This document shows positions 12,579 through 24,100 of a stretch of DNA of 64,000 nucleotides, in pieces. The notes below the pieces were generated by a model that searched no databases, was not told the origin of the DNA, and saw only the letters and a list, made by a program, of their open reading frames with translations. The translations under genes and the position numbers were made by a program. This DNA is from Antedon mediterranea (lineage: Eukaryota > Animalia > Echinodermata): assembly GCF_964355755.1 (NCBI RefSeq), contig NC_092671.1:16492001-16556000 (forward strand). Reading direction: 5' to 3'. How positions within the stretch are numbered: position 1 is the first letter of the stretch; each line of letters starts with the position of its first letter.

Positions 12579-12656
12579 TTAATTAATTAATTTGAAACGA
12601 TAAAGATGAGGAAATCTGTGAGAATGAGAAAAAAAAAAATATATATATATATATAT

Positions 12657-12848
12657 AAATCATACTGTAAATTATAGAAACAGTGCTCATATTCGGAACA
12701 TGATCTCATAATCGCGTCGAGCATAGCTCATTGGCGAAAGTTCCGTATTTTTTAGTTGTATGAAAAAATGTCTCTGGCGGGATTCGAACCTGCAACCTCT
12801 CGCTTACAGGGCGAGTATCATACCACTAGACCACAGAGCCATGTATGG
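12657..12848 (-). mobile_element. (TA)n-flanked module with tRNA-Pro-derived sequence (12770-12840)
   Basis: GGCTCTGTGGTCTAGTGGTATGATACTCGC...GGTTCGAATCCCGCCAGAGAC resembles the eukaryotic tRNA-Pro body, with an altered loop (CCTGTAA) and a following T6 run. Near-identical inverted copy at 17633-17800. Confidence 0.7.
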
Positions 12849-12861
12849 TATATATATATAT

Positions 12862-12898
12862 GCACTGATGAAGGGCTAGTGTTGCCCGAAAGCTCTGC
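12862..12898 (+). ncRNA. Minimal hammerhead ribozyme at the start of a ~160-bp Penelope pLTR-like fragment (12861-13021)
   Basis: gca-CTGATGA-agggc-tagtgtt-gccc-GAAA-gc-TC-tgc, between (TA)n runs. Same family at 42627 and, degraded, at ~52400-52660. Confidence 0.75.
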
Positions 12899-15364
12899 TA
12901 ACTTTTCTGGCTGTTTTATTTCTCGTTTTGATTTAGCCTTTCGCTTTTATTTTGTATTTCCATTGAGATCCAGCCACTGATACCCACAGCATTGTCATTT
13001 TTTCAGTAATTTGCCTTTGGATATATATTTATATAACTAAAGAATTACGTGTTAAAATTATAGTTTCTAATAATACTATTAGGCCTAATTATTAGTCTCT
13101 AAAGCCATGTCTATTCTAGTGTGACGTGTGTGTGTTAGGTATGACACAGTCCGAGTAATTAGTCAGCAAATTTAAACAATAAACCTTACACAAAAATACA
13201 ATTTTTATTCTCGTGGGTCTAATCTTCCTATCTCATGTGTTCATATACGCGCATTTTTAAAGTTCCTTTGAGTACATGCATATTGTTTGCTAATAAAATA
13301 GCAGAATTAAAATATTACAGAACACAAATTAAACACATTCTTTATTCTTGTGGGTCTAAGCTTTCTTTGGGCTATGTCAATTACTAACTGTCGATTAGCC
13401 TCGACACATTTTGCATAGTGGTGTGTGTGAAGAATTAAGAGTGCGCGAAGGCAATCACGTGAATTGACCTAGAATCCGGATGTCTAGTCTCTCTTCGACA
13501 ATTATCCTAAACCAGACGACTATTCTCTTTTCGTTATGTCGGAATTTGTTTACTTTAACGATGTATTGTCCCACAAACCATGAAAAATCAGACTTTGAAT
13601 AGGCAATTTTGCAGTTTTAATGTTATTCACAATTCGTAGAAAAACAATCAACAAAAATAATGATTTCACTTATAAAAAGACAAAGTAAACGTTTTTGTGT
13701 GACAGATTATTTGACTCAATTTCTTTCTGATAAATATTGTTTTCCTCTGTCCAATTTTTGGTCAAAGTGAATAACTATTGAAGTGCCATATTCAACAACA
13801 AAAATATTTTTTCAAGCCCACTATATCTTCAATAAACCTCAGATTGTGACACCAATATATAATAAACGAATAACTTACTTTGAAATTGGATTGATATGTT
13901 GTTGAGAAGAAAAAAAACGGCCAAAATAACGATTATGATGATGGAAAGATAGACCACGGGAACTTCAAAATGATCACGTCAATGAGCTGAAAACGAAATA
14001 TCACACGTGAGTTGGAATTGTATCGATGATATACATGTAAACATATGTATATAATGTAGGCATATAAAAAATCGGGAAAACAATCCTAAAAATATATACT
14101 TCAGGAGAAAAAATACCCTTAACCATATCACACAATCAATATTCTCCGATTGTGTTAATGGATAAAAAGTTAAATGATATAAATCGAAATTAAATGTTAC
14201 CTTCTTAGCGTAATAATGTTCAGGAGAGTAAGAGAACTTTGTGTATACCTGCGATTCACAATAAACTATGCGATCAAGAACCACCTGTACCGCAACTGTG
14301 GATGTAAGACGAAATGCACTTTACTTATACTGTTTCTGCTTCATATTTTACATTCTAGAAGAAAGAAAACACAATAGGCATAAATACTATAAAATACTCA
14401 ACTGAAGAGAACTATTGATTCGAGTATTAAATTAAAAACATGCCTAATATAAAAAAACTCATTACACAATAATTTATCAATAAATACAAATGCAAAATCT
14501 CATTTATAACTATTATAACATTTAAAAAAATAGCAATAGCATATTCAAGAAAATGGTACAAAAATAATAACATATTTTTATTTTGCAATAATCGTATTTG
14601 ATCTTCTAAAGAAATTTTGCTTAATCTCATTAAATTACGTCCAACCCAATCAAAATGTAATTATTGTACTCCATAAACGTGCCAATAAAATACTTATTAT
14701 ATTTATTGTTATTATTATACTTATTTAGAGTTTTTAAATAACACTGTGTTAGGGCACCTATTTGATCGTTTAAGGTTTAAAGTAGGCCTAATTAACTATA
14801 TAAGATACGGTAATTAAGCTGAAGTGTGATACTACTGTATTGAATACAGTGGCGTAACCATGTTAGTCGAAGTAAAAAGAAAAATCACTTACATCGGTTT
14901 ACCCGAGTAAATAGAATGCAGGACGAACGCTCGCTTATTATCCACATCGAAATTGTCAACGCTCTTATTTCGTTGCTTCCTTGTCCAGAATTTTCGCAAA
15001 CTACATACGAAACTATTTAGCGAGCGCTCGGTCACAATTTTACAAAAGGTATTTGTACCCCTGTCCTAAATAACATTAGTGAATTACCTATCGCGTTCAT
15101 ATTACGGACCGTTTCTGTTGAACAAGTTAATACAGATTAAATATCCCCCCCCCCCCCCCCCAATAGAACATTATTTTGAATAAACTCCCCCGGTGCGTTA
15201 GTAGGCCTACTATTGATAGTAGAAACTTATATTAAAACGACTTTTTTTTTTCTTCAATTAAATATTCATTGATTGAAAAATATACAAAATATGTATGAGG
15301 TTGTATAAGAATATATTTTCTTTAAATTAATATCCATAAACAAGCAAAATAAAAATTTGTTATG

Positions 15365-15556
15365 CCACATGTTACACTCAGCCTGTGTATAAATGTGTAG
15401 CTGGTAGGTCAAAGTACCAAATTGCTCTGATTACTGGCTGCAACATTTTGGAAGTATGTTTCCACACGTGTTTGATCAAAATAACTGGGGTAATAATGTG
15501 TAAGCGTCATTTCAACATGTATGGAATTTGCGCTATATAAATAATACATTACATTG
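15365..15556 (+). mobile_element. 3' portion of a SINE (CORE/Meta-like body, L2-like tail)
   Basis: tgtgtataaatgtgtagctgg...tgtttgatc...actggggtaataatgtg...gcgctatataa is homologous to 49895-50065. Confidence 0.5.
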
Positions 15557-15682
15557 ATATTAGTATAATTAATTAAAAAACTTTACGTGTGGTTCCTGTC
15601 ATTCGGAAATCAAAGTTTCCTAATTATCATTATTACAAGCCTTAAAAAAGTATTAGCTAATCAAAATGGTGATTGTACTTAA

Positions 15683-17620
15683 ATTATTACTGGAAAAGTC
15701 TTACACATCATTTATTCTCAACAATTATGTGAGACATAATTACTTTGTCTAGGCTATCAAACGTGTCATAGCCTTGATAAAAGATCGTTATACAACATTA
15801 TTTATGAGGTTGTACATTGATGTGGAATATAAATTTGTCTTCTACAGACAATACATTTTGTCATCAACGAGCACAATTACAATAATTCTTTATAAATTGT
15901 ATTTGTATTATATTTGTAACCATTGGCAATGTGCTTATAATCAATAAAAAACAACTAAATATTCCTTTCTAATACCATGTCATTTAATATAAAAGATAAG
16001 CTAAAAATATTATTTTAGTAGGCCTACTATTGATAGTAGAAACTTATATTAAAAAAAATGTTGTAAAAAAGAATAGAAATAGGATAAGAAAATATAGTTT
16101 TGAGTGGGCAGGTACTGTGCTGTGATTGGTTGAAACTTCTTGTTTATTTGATAATTAAGTCAGTTTATAATTTTGTATAATTAATAGATATAGAAGTGAT
16201 AGAGAGAAAAGCAATAAAAGGGAAACAAATCAAAAAGAGTACTTGAGAAAATTAACTTTCCTGAAGTATAACCAACTTAAACACCCAAGAAATTTCTATA
16301 TAAAATTATCTATTTTATACTAGGTATGTATACAAAATAATGAAATAATATAGGCCTATGTATAAATTGAAAGATTGACTTTTCTGTGTAGGGACAGTCA
16401 GGCTTTGAATAAAAATAATAATAATAAATTAAATTTATAAATGAAGATATTCTCCGTATTTACCAAACATAAAACATTTATTTGTTTTATAATACGCCAT
16501 CTTAACATAAGTGGGTATTAGTGTGTGTCTTTTTTTTTTACAGTGAACAGATAGGAGTGGGTTTTTTTTTAACAAACAACTTACTAACTCTCTGTTTTAA
16601 ATAATTAATACTAACATAATCTCTTAGGTTGGCATTTACATTTTTGAAATAAAAATTAATATAAATTAAGTCCGACTTAAACCTAATAGCCATACAGATA
16701 TAAATATGTAACTTGTTGTGGTTGAAAGACACACATAAATATTAAAATTAATTAGAAAAAAATTATATTATATACTTAAATTATTACCCGGAAAAGTCTC
16801 TGTCAAGGCTATCAAACGTGTCATTTCTTGATAAAAGATCGTTATACAACATATTTATGAGGTTGTACATTGATGTGGAATATAAATTTGTCTTCTACAG
16901 ACAATACATTTTTCCATCAACGAGCACAATTATAATAATTCTTTATAAATTGTATTTGTATTATATTTGTAACCCTTGGCAATGTGCTTATAATTAATAA
17001 TAAACACAATAAAAGGGAAACAAATCAAAAAGAGTACTTGAGAAAATTAACTTTCCTGAAGTATAACCAACTTAACACCCAAGAAATTTCTAAATAAAAT
17101 TATCTATTTTATACTAGGTATGTATACAAAATAATGAAATATATATGTACAAATTGAAAGATTGACTTTTCTGTGTAGGGACAGTCAGGCTTTGAATGAA
17201 AATGTTCTCCGTATTTAACGAACATAAAACATTTTGTTTTATAGTACGCCATTTTAACATAAGTGGGTATTAGTGTGTATAATTTTTTTTACAGAGAACG
17301 TATATGAGTGGGTGTTTTTTCCATTTTAACAATTGAACAAACAACTTACTAACTCTGGGTTTTAAATAATTAATACAGTACTAACATAATCTCTTAGGTT
17401 TGGATTTACATTTTTTAAATAAAATTGACCAAACAACTTACCAACTCTGGGTTTTAAATAACTAAAACTAACATAATCTCGTAAGTTGGCATTTACATTT
17501 TAAAAATAAATTAATTAGTTAAGTCCGACTTAAGTCTAACAGCCATACAGATTTAAATATGTAACTTGTGGTTGAAAGACACACATAAATATTAAAATTA
17601 ATTAGATAAAATTATATTAT
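15683..17620. repeat. Local tandem duplication (A-B-A'-B')
   Basis: ~15683-15950 matches ~16777-17005, and ~16212-16776 matches ~17008-17620, at high identity with small indels. Confidence 0.85.
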
Positions 17621-17632
17621 ATATATATATAT

Positions 17633-17796
17633 ATGATACTCGCCCTGTAAGCGAGAGGTTGCAGGTTCGAATCCAGCCAGAGACATTTTTTCATACAACT
17701 AAAAAATATGGAACTTTCGCCAATGAGCTATGCTCGACGCGATTATGAGATCATGTTCCGAATATGAGCACTGTTTCTATAATTTACAATATTATG

Positions 17797-17800
<4 letters not shown>
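17633..17800 (+). mobile_element. Second, 5'-truncated copy of the tRNA-Pro-derived module
   Basis: Reverse complement of ~12657-12822 with few substitutions; bounded by (TA)n on both sides. Confidence 0.8.
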
Positions 17801-17836
<36 letters not shown>

Positions 17837-17839
17837 AAT

Positions 17840-17884
17840 CTGCAGACAGTACTGTTTCGATCTTATTAGATCTCGTCAGTGCAG
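17840..17884 (-). ncRNA. Type I hammerhead ribozyme in a (TA)n-flanked pLTR-like module (17835-18110)
   Basis: Minus strand: ctgca-CTGACGA-gatct-aata-agatc-GAAA-cagtactg-TC-tgcag. All three helices pair, helix III is palindromic, and the cleavage triplet is GUC. Confidence 0.88.
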
Positions 17885-18123
17885 CTCAGGTTTCGAAATG
17901 AAATGTACCGCAGAACTGGCACAATATATAGGCTGAGCCAGGTATGCGGGACATGGTACACTGATTATGAACACAAAGAGTGCACAAGCTCAACGAGCGT
18001 GCTTTGCAAAATGCTAATAGTATTCACAACAAAAATGCACCGTTTCGAAATGAAGAGTGCTCTACAAAACAACATACTATATATGTATATAACAGAAAGT
18101 AGAGGAGCATATATATATATGTT

Positions 18124-21100
18124 TTAAACAGATGCTAAAAGCAGAAGTACTAAAATTGCACAGAATAGGACAAAACGTTTAAATACTAATTTCATGTTGT
18201 TTGGCACAACCCACTTTGTAACGGTCATTGTGATGGTCATTATTTCATGGGCGATACAAACAAAAATGAACGAACTGACTATCTTGTTTAGGGTTGGGTA
18301 ATGAGGTATAAACACTAGAATTCCCTTTGTGTCATTGGCTAACCAGATGTGATACTGAGCAATAAAAAGCTACAAGACAAAATATAAACATTAAATTAAT
18401 GTATGAAAATTACTAAATTACTTTTCTATTGTTTTTTATTGTTTTTTATTAATTATCAAAATGTTGTTGAGATTGGAGAATATACAATTTTAAATATAGA
18501 TATTTAGATATAAAATGAGATTGTATGTTCATGTGACAACATAATAAAATGAGATTGTATGTTCATGTGACAACATAATAAAATGATATTGTATGTTCAT
18601 GTGACAACAGCATAAAATGATATTGTATGTTCATGTGACAACAGCATAAAATGATATTGTATGTTCATGTGACCACAGCATAAAATGAGATTGTATGTTC
18701 ATGCCACAACATAATAAATCGAGATTGTATGTTCATGTGACAACATAGTAAAATGATATTGTATGTTCATGTGACAACATAATAACTGTTTTACTTACCT
18801 CAAGTGACATCTTGCCAAACCATGCAAAGAAAGTACTGTATTTGCTTCTAAAGTAACCAGGAACATTACGTATTAAAATGAAACCAGTAACCTACCAAAA
18901 TAAACAAAAAAATGTGATATTTCCTACAAAAGAATATTAGAAAGAGTAATCCTCTTAACTGAATGTACTCCTAATACCTTTTGACTACTTTTTTAATCCA
19001 TTATGTATATAACGTAGCGCGCCTTAAGCACTTTTAGTGGATATGTGTGCTATATAAATTATTATAATGTGTTCCCGCTGATTATATAGTTTAAATATTG
19101 TATTGTTATGTGGTCGAACCTCATCACAAAAAAAGAGAACCAATACATTATTATTTTAGTACTGAGGCTGATATAAATTTGGCCTATTTAGAAAAAACCA
19201 AATGATAACATTTTGCCTCACTTTCCCATGGTAAACTGCTAATGTTTACGTAATTATGTGAGTAATATTGAATGCAAAGTAAAGTACTAAACAATAAATA
19301 TAATAAACACACTATAACTACGAAAATCAAATTATGGATATCTTCCAGTGAATTTTTGTGTTACAATAAATAAAATAAAACACTTACCGGTAATAAACTA
19401 AGTAAAGTATGAACTTCGTTACATTCTGGCTTGTTAGGACAAGTAAATGAATGATAAGTATACACCTATAAAAAATAGCCAAATTTAGATTAGCATTCAA
19501 TCAGAATGGGTTTTCTCAAACAGCAGCAGCAGTAGTAGTAGCAGTTATAGCAGTAGCAGTTATAGCAGCATTAGTAGTAGAAGCAGTAGTAGCTAGCAGC
19601 ATCAGTAGTAACAGCATCAGCAGTAGAAGTAGCAGCAGTATAGATATAAGTAACAGCAGTAGAGATATAAGTAGCAGCTGTAGTAGCTAGCAGCATCAGT
19701 AGTAGAAGTAACAGCAGTAGAGATATAAGTAGCAGCAGTAGAGATATAATTAGCAGCAGTAGAGATAAGTAGCAGCAGTAGATATAAGTAACAGCAGTAG
19801 AGATATAAGTAACAGCAGAAGAGATACAAGTAGCAGCAGTAGAGATATAAGTAGCAGCAGTAGAGATATAAGTAGCAGCAGTAGAGATATAAGTAGCAGC
19901 AGTAGACATAGCAGTAGCAATAATAGTAGTAGCAGTAGAAGTAGTAGCAGCAACAATAGTAGTAGCAGCAGTAGAACTAGCAGCAGCAACAATAGTAGTA
20001 GCAGTAGTAGAAGTAGCAGCAGTAGAAGTAGCAATAGTAGCAGCAGCAGTAGAAATAGCAGCAGCAACAATAGCAGTAACAGCAGTAGAAGTAGCAGTAG
20101 TAGTAGTAGTAGCAGCAGTAGTAGCAGCAGCAATAATAGTAGTAGTACTGAACCTTAGTCGTGGATGGACTATAGAGTGCTGGCATAGAAATGGAGAGAT
20201 GTGTGGAATGTTATACAGTCCCCTGGCTAGCCTGGTCTAACAGGCTATTTACTCAGTAAATAGATGCAACAAGTTTTATGGATTTTCTTCTTCCAGAGTA
20301 AAGTAAACATTAGCCTATTTATAACCTAAAAAAGCTAACATTTTAGATATAAATAAATTGATACTTACTGTTATTGATAATATGCTTGCTATTATTACAA
20401 TAATTGTTAATATTGAGTTGAATAAGTTGGTGGGATTGTTATCCTTAATTTTGCCTATTGAAATCAGTGAAATGTATCCAAAAGCAAACAGCATGCCATA
20501 TCCTACAATCTGAAATACCAAGAAGAATGTTTTTACTTGTGTGGATTGTAATTGTTTGTAACTACAGCGAAGTAGCTTTGTATATTTTTTTGCAAGTATT
20601 CTCAATGCATATTCTTTGCATGTAGGCTTTAAAAAAATAACTACTTTCATTTCTGATGATGATTACATATGGCTCGTCAATTTTTTATTTTTATACGATC
20701 AAATAATAAACCTTTGAGGCTCTAAAAGATTGTCTTGTCTACAGAATGCAACCGAATAGAATTGATAACATTGTTTCAGTATTCTTAAACTTTTCCAAAG
20801 CTCTATACTAGTGGATAAATATTATGTAATCTGTCTAGACTATTGAATGAAAGGTAGTGATATTATGTCATCATGTTCATATATTAGCACATCACATTTT
20901 GTCGTCACATAAAGTTGTGAAACAGTGTAAACAGAGCTTTAGAATTAAAAAACTTACATATCTATCTAGTTGCCAACGGAACCACCATTCGTGTAATGAA
21001 GTGCCTGGCCATGCAAATAACTTTAGCATTGGCCACCAATCAAACAGACTCTGAAATAAAACCTACCAGAAAAAAACAAGCAAAGTTTAGTCAAATTACA

Positions 21101-24100
21101 AACAATTTTCAAGTTAAACTGCAATATTTGTTAGCTAGAAGAAAGCTATATTACTGGTGGAATAATGTAAACAATTATGTACCTCTGAAAATCCAATTAA
21201 AGCACATACAACAAAGAAGCCAATAATCTTGAGAGTCATCAGTAAATAGTGTGATTGGTGTTCTGAAATAAAATAACAAAACATTAAAGATGTATTGTTC
21301 CCAAAAACATAAAAAAATGAAGATTAATTAAATCAGACTTTGAATAGATTATTTTCTAGTTAAAAAATTTCATCACAATCAAATAATAGGAAAAACAATG
21401 TTTTCACTTATAAAATGACAAAATAAATGGTTAAATTAAAACAAAAATCCATTGTCTGGCAGCAAATTTGACTATTTTTTTGCTTTAAATTACTCTTTTT
21501 TCAGGTAAATACATTTTTTTTCGATAAAATATTTGGTCAAAGTGGATAGATATTATGTAATATGAAAATGGCATATTCAACAAAAACAATGTTTTAAGAA
21601 TTATTTTTTCAGGGAGACAATACACCTTTAAGAGAATTTTTTAAAGATTGGTTGATTTTCTTAATAGCCCTTTTGCAGTGTTTTAATATTGTATTCTAGT
21701 CTCTGGGGTGCCTTAAAAAAGCTAAACCCCATTACAGGATGGAATATATACATCCATCCCTTATCAGCTCACCAACATATTACGTCAAAGATGCTCTCCA
21801 GGTACATCCAGAGATGAGTTAGTAAATTGTTTTTTTCAATGTGGACATTCTAGAACTGAAGTCAGAAAGTTTACCCAGTGATTGTAAGCACTACCCACTA
21901 TCCAACAGTGCCATCATTTTATTCTAGCTATTGAATAAATTAATTAATGTACCAGCTGCTGTTTTTACAGTCATTCTAGGTGGTATGATCATGACAACAT
22001 AAACTACCAGGAACCAGAATGAGACGAGAGGAACAAAGTAGTAGAACTGGTAGGGTCTATCCATCGTCAAGCAAAGAAAAAACACCAGGAAATTCAAACG
22101 GAACATAACCTTTAAGAACAAAAGTAGTACACAAGAGTTTAAAATTCAGAATAATCAGGTACCAAGATAAACTTTTACACCCAGACTTCATTTATTGTCA
22201 CACCCATAAAAAATATTTTAAAATTATTAGTCTCACCTGACAAACACGGACAATACCAAATTCTCCTTTCTTCCAGAAGAAGCTGAAATGTCCATATCCC
22301 GTTTGAAACAGATACATTGCAACAAGGACACGAACATGCATATAGATAGGTAAAACCTGTAAAATACAATATATATATATATATAAGTTAGGATGAATAT
22401 AACTTTCTTACTCTTGATAGACAACTTCTCAGCTTGCCGTAGATCACTTATTAGTAGTTGGCCTCTGTATTTGTTAGATAAATCATGAATAATACCACCA
22501 AACTTGCGAGTTAGGATGACTATAACGAGGCATTTAATAAAAAGGCAAATTGCCTTAAAATGTAAATGTGACATGTTTCGAGAAACTATTGCGTGAACAT
22601 TTCAGGGACAAGGCTTCTCACATTTTTCAACATCTGCAGGATTCAGAACGGTGTAAGGCCCTCGCTAATACGGGTTGCTTCACCGTTCTGGATTCTGAAG
22701 ATTCCGCTTTCAAACTTAAGGTCAAGGAAGCCCTCCACATCTCGTGGAGTAAACCTTCCTTGAACAAACAAATCTATAACTTCGGCGTCACACTTGCCAT
22801 ATGATTGGTTGTTGCCTACATTCCTTGTTTTATTATGCTAATTACTTACTTATTTACATACAATATGTCCTATTGGTATATAAGCACTCTAGGCGTTGTT
22901 TACTGTTCTGATGATGAGAATAGTTTCTCGAAACATGTCACATTTACATTTTAAGGCAATTTGCCTTTTTATTAAATGCCTCATTATAGTCATCCTAACT
23001 CGCAAGTTTGGTGGTATTATTCATGATATATATATATAAGTGTTTGACTGATTGGTAGATATATAAATACTGTATATGATGGCATTTAATAGAATGGCTT
23101 GCATTGGATCTGCTAAAAAATTAGGCAGTACAATGGGACTATCAGTTGAGTAATACATTCTTTAATTTGTATGGCACTGGTTAAAAATTACCTAATAATT
23201 GTTCCTTTCGATTCTGAACCATACACAAAGAAGCAATCAATATAATTTTAGTTAAAAAAAAATTTTTTTTTTAAGGCTTAAATATCTAAATAAAAATACA
23301 AGTAAAATATAATACTTTGAGAAGCTTACCGCACTAGCGCCGGTGATATGATACACTAGGATAACAAGCTGCATCCATCCTTTCCACTCATCTGTTTGGT
23401 CGCGGTTTAACACGGTGGGCTGTGTAATAACAAATTTTTTTACCTGATCAATTGATATAGTAAACTCATTCAAAATTCTCTATTTAAATGTTATACTGAA
23501 TTGTTTTATTCACGAAATGGATATAACATTTCCATTGAAAGATAAAATGTTTTTTTTTGCTTGTAAAAATTTATCATTTTAAACAAAAATATATTTTTGT
23601 TCATATCTGTATTAATGAAACGCAACATAGCATGTTAAGCGTATTAACTCGAACGCATTCTATATGATCCTCAGATATATATTATCAAACAATATTTAGT
23701 GGCCATGTTTTTGTTAATATTATGTTTTCTGTTTCATTTTGTCTGTTTTTTAATGGCGTTCCTGACACAAGCATTTGCTTTCTAGGTGACGCCACCATTT
23801 GATTGATTGATAGCATAAAAACAAAAAATATGAATAAACCTTACTTGTTTGGTTTCTCGACCAAAGAAAAATCCCAAGCTGAGATAACCAAAAAGCACAA
23901 AGAACTGGATGTAACTAAAGTGTTTCTGTTCTTTCGGGAGAAGGTCAGTCCTGCAAAATATATTTTAAACAAATTACATTGTTAAGCTTTAATTGTATAG
24001 AAATGATTCAATTCAATTTATCTTTTACAGTCATTATGCTTGTTTGGTCGATATTTATTTGTTGTTGTAAGATTGTCAAAACTTGTTATTTTGTTTGATG

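Larger units (their letters stand above)
11584..12633. mobile_element. ~360-bp tandem module (about 1.3 copies) carrying a tRNA-like gene, flanked by (TA)n; second copy interrupted by a TTAA-type MITE
   Basis: acacaacaggcaaagaac...ctgaaatttaa occurs at ~11586 and ~11946. The continuation ttaattaatttgaaacgataaagatga(c/g)gaaatctgtgagaatgagaaaaa follows at 11642 and again at 12583, after the insertion. Confidence 0.7.

Noticed and set aside
12770-12840. Functional tRNA gene
   Set aside because: tRNA-Pro-like body with a non-matching loop lacking U33, mismatched acceptor and T stems, and a truncated dispersed copy; treated as element-derived.
19571-20186. Poly-Leu, STAATYI and Cys/Tyr-rich ORFs
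   Set aside because: Translations of a trinucleotide/21-bp repeat inside a CASD1 intron.
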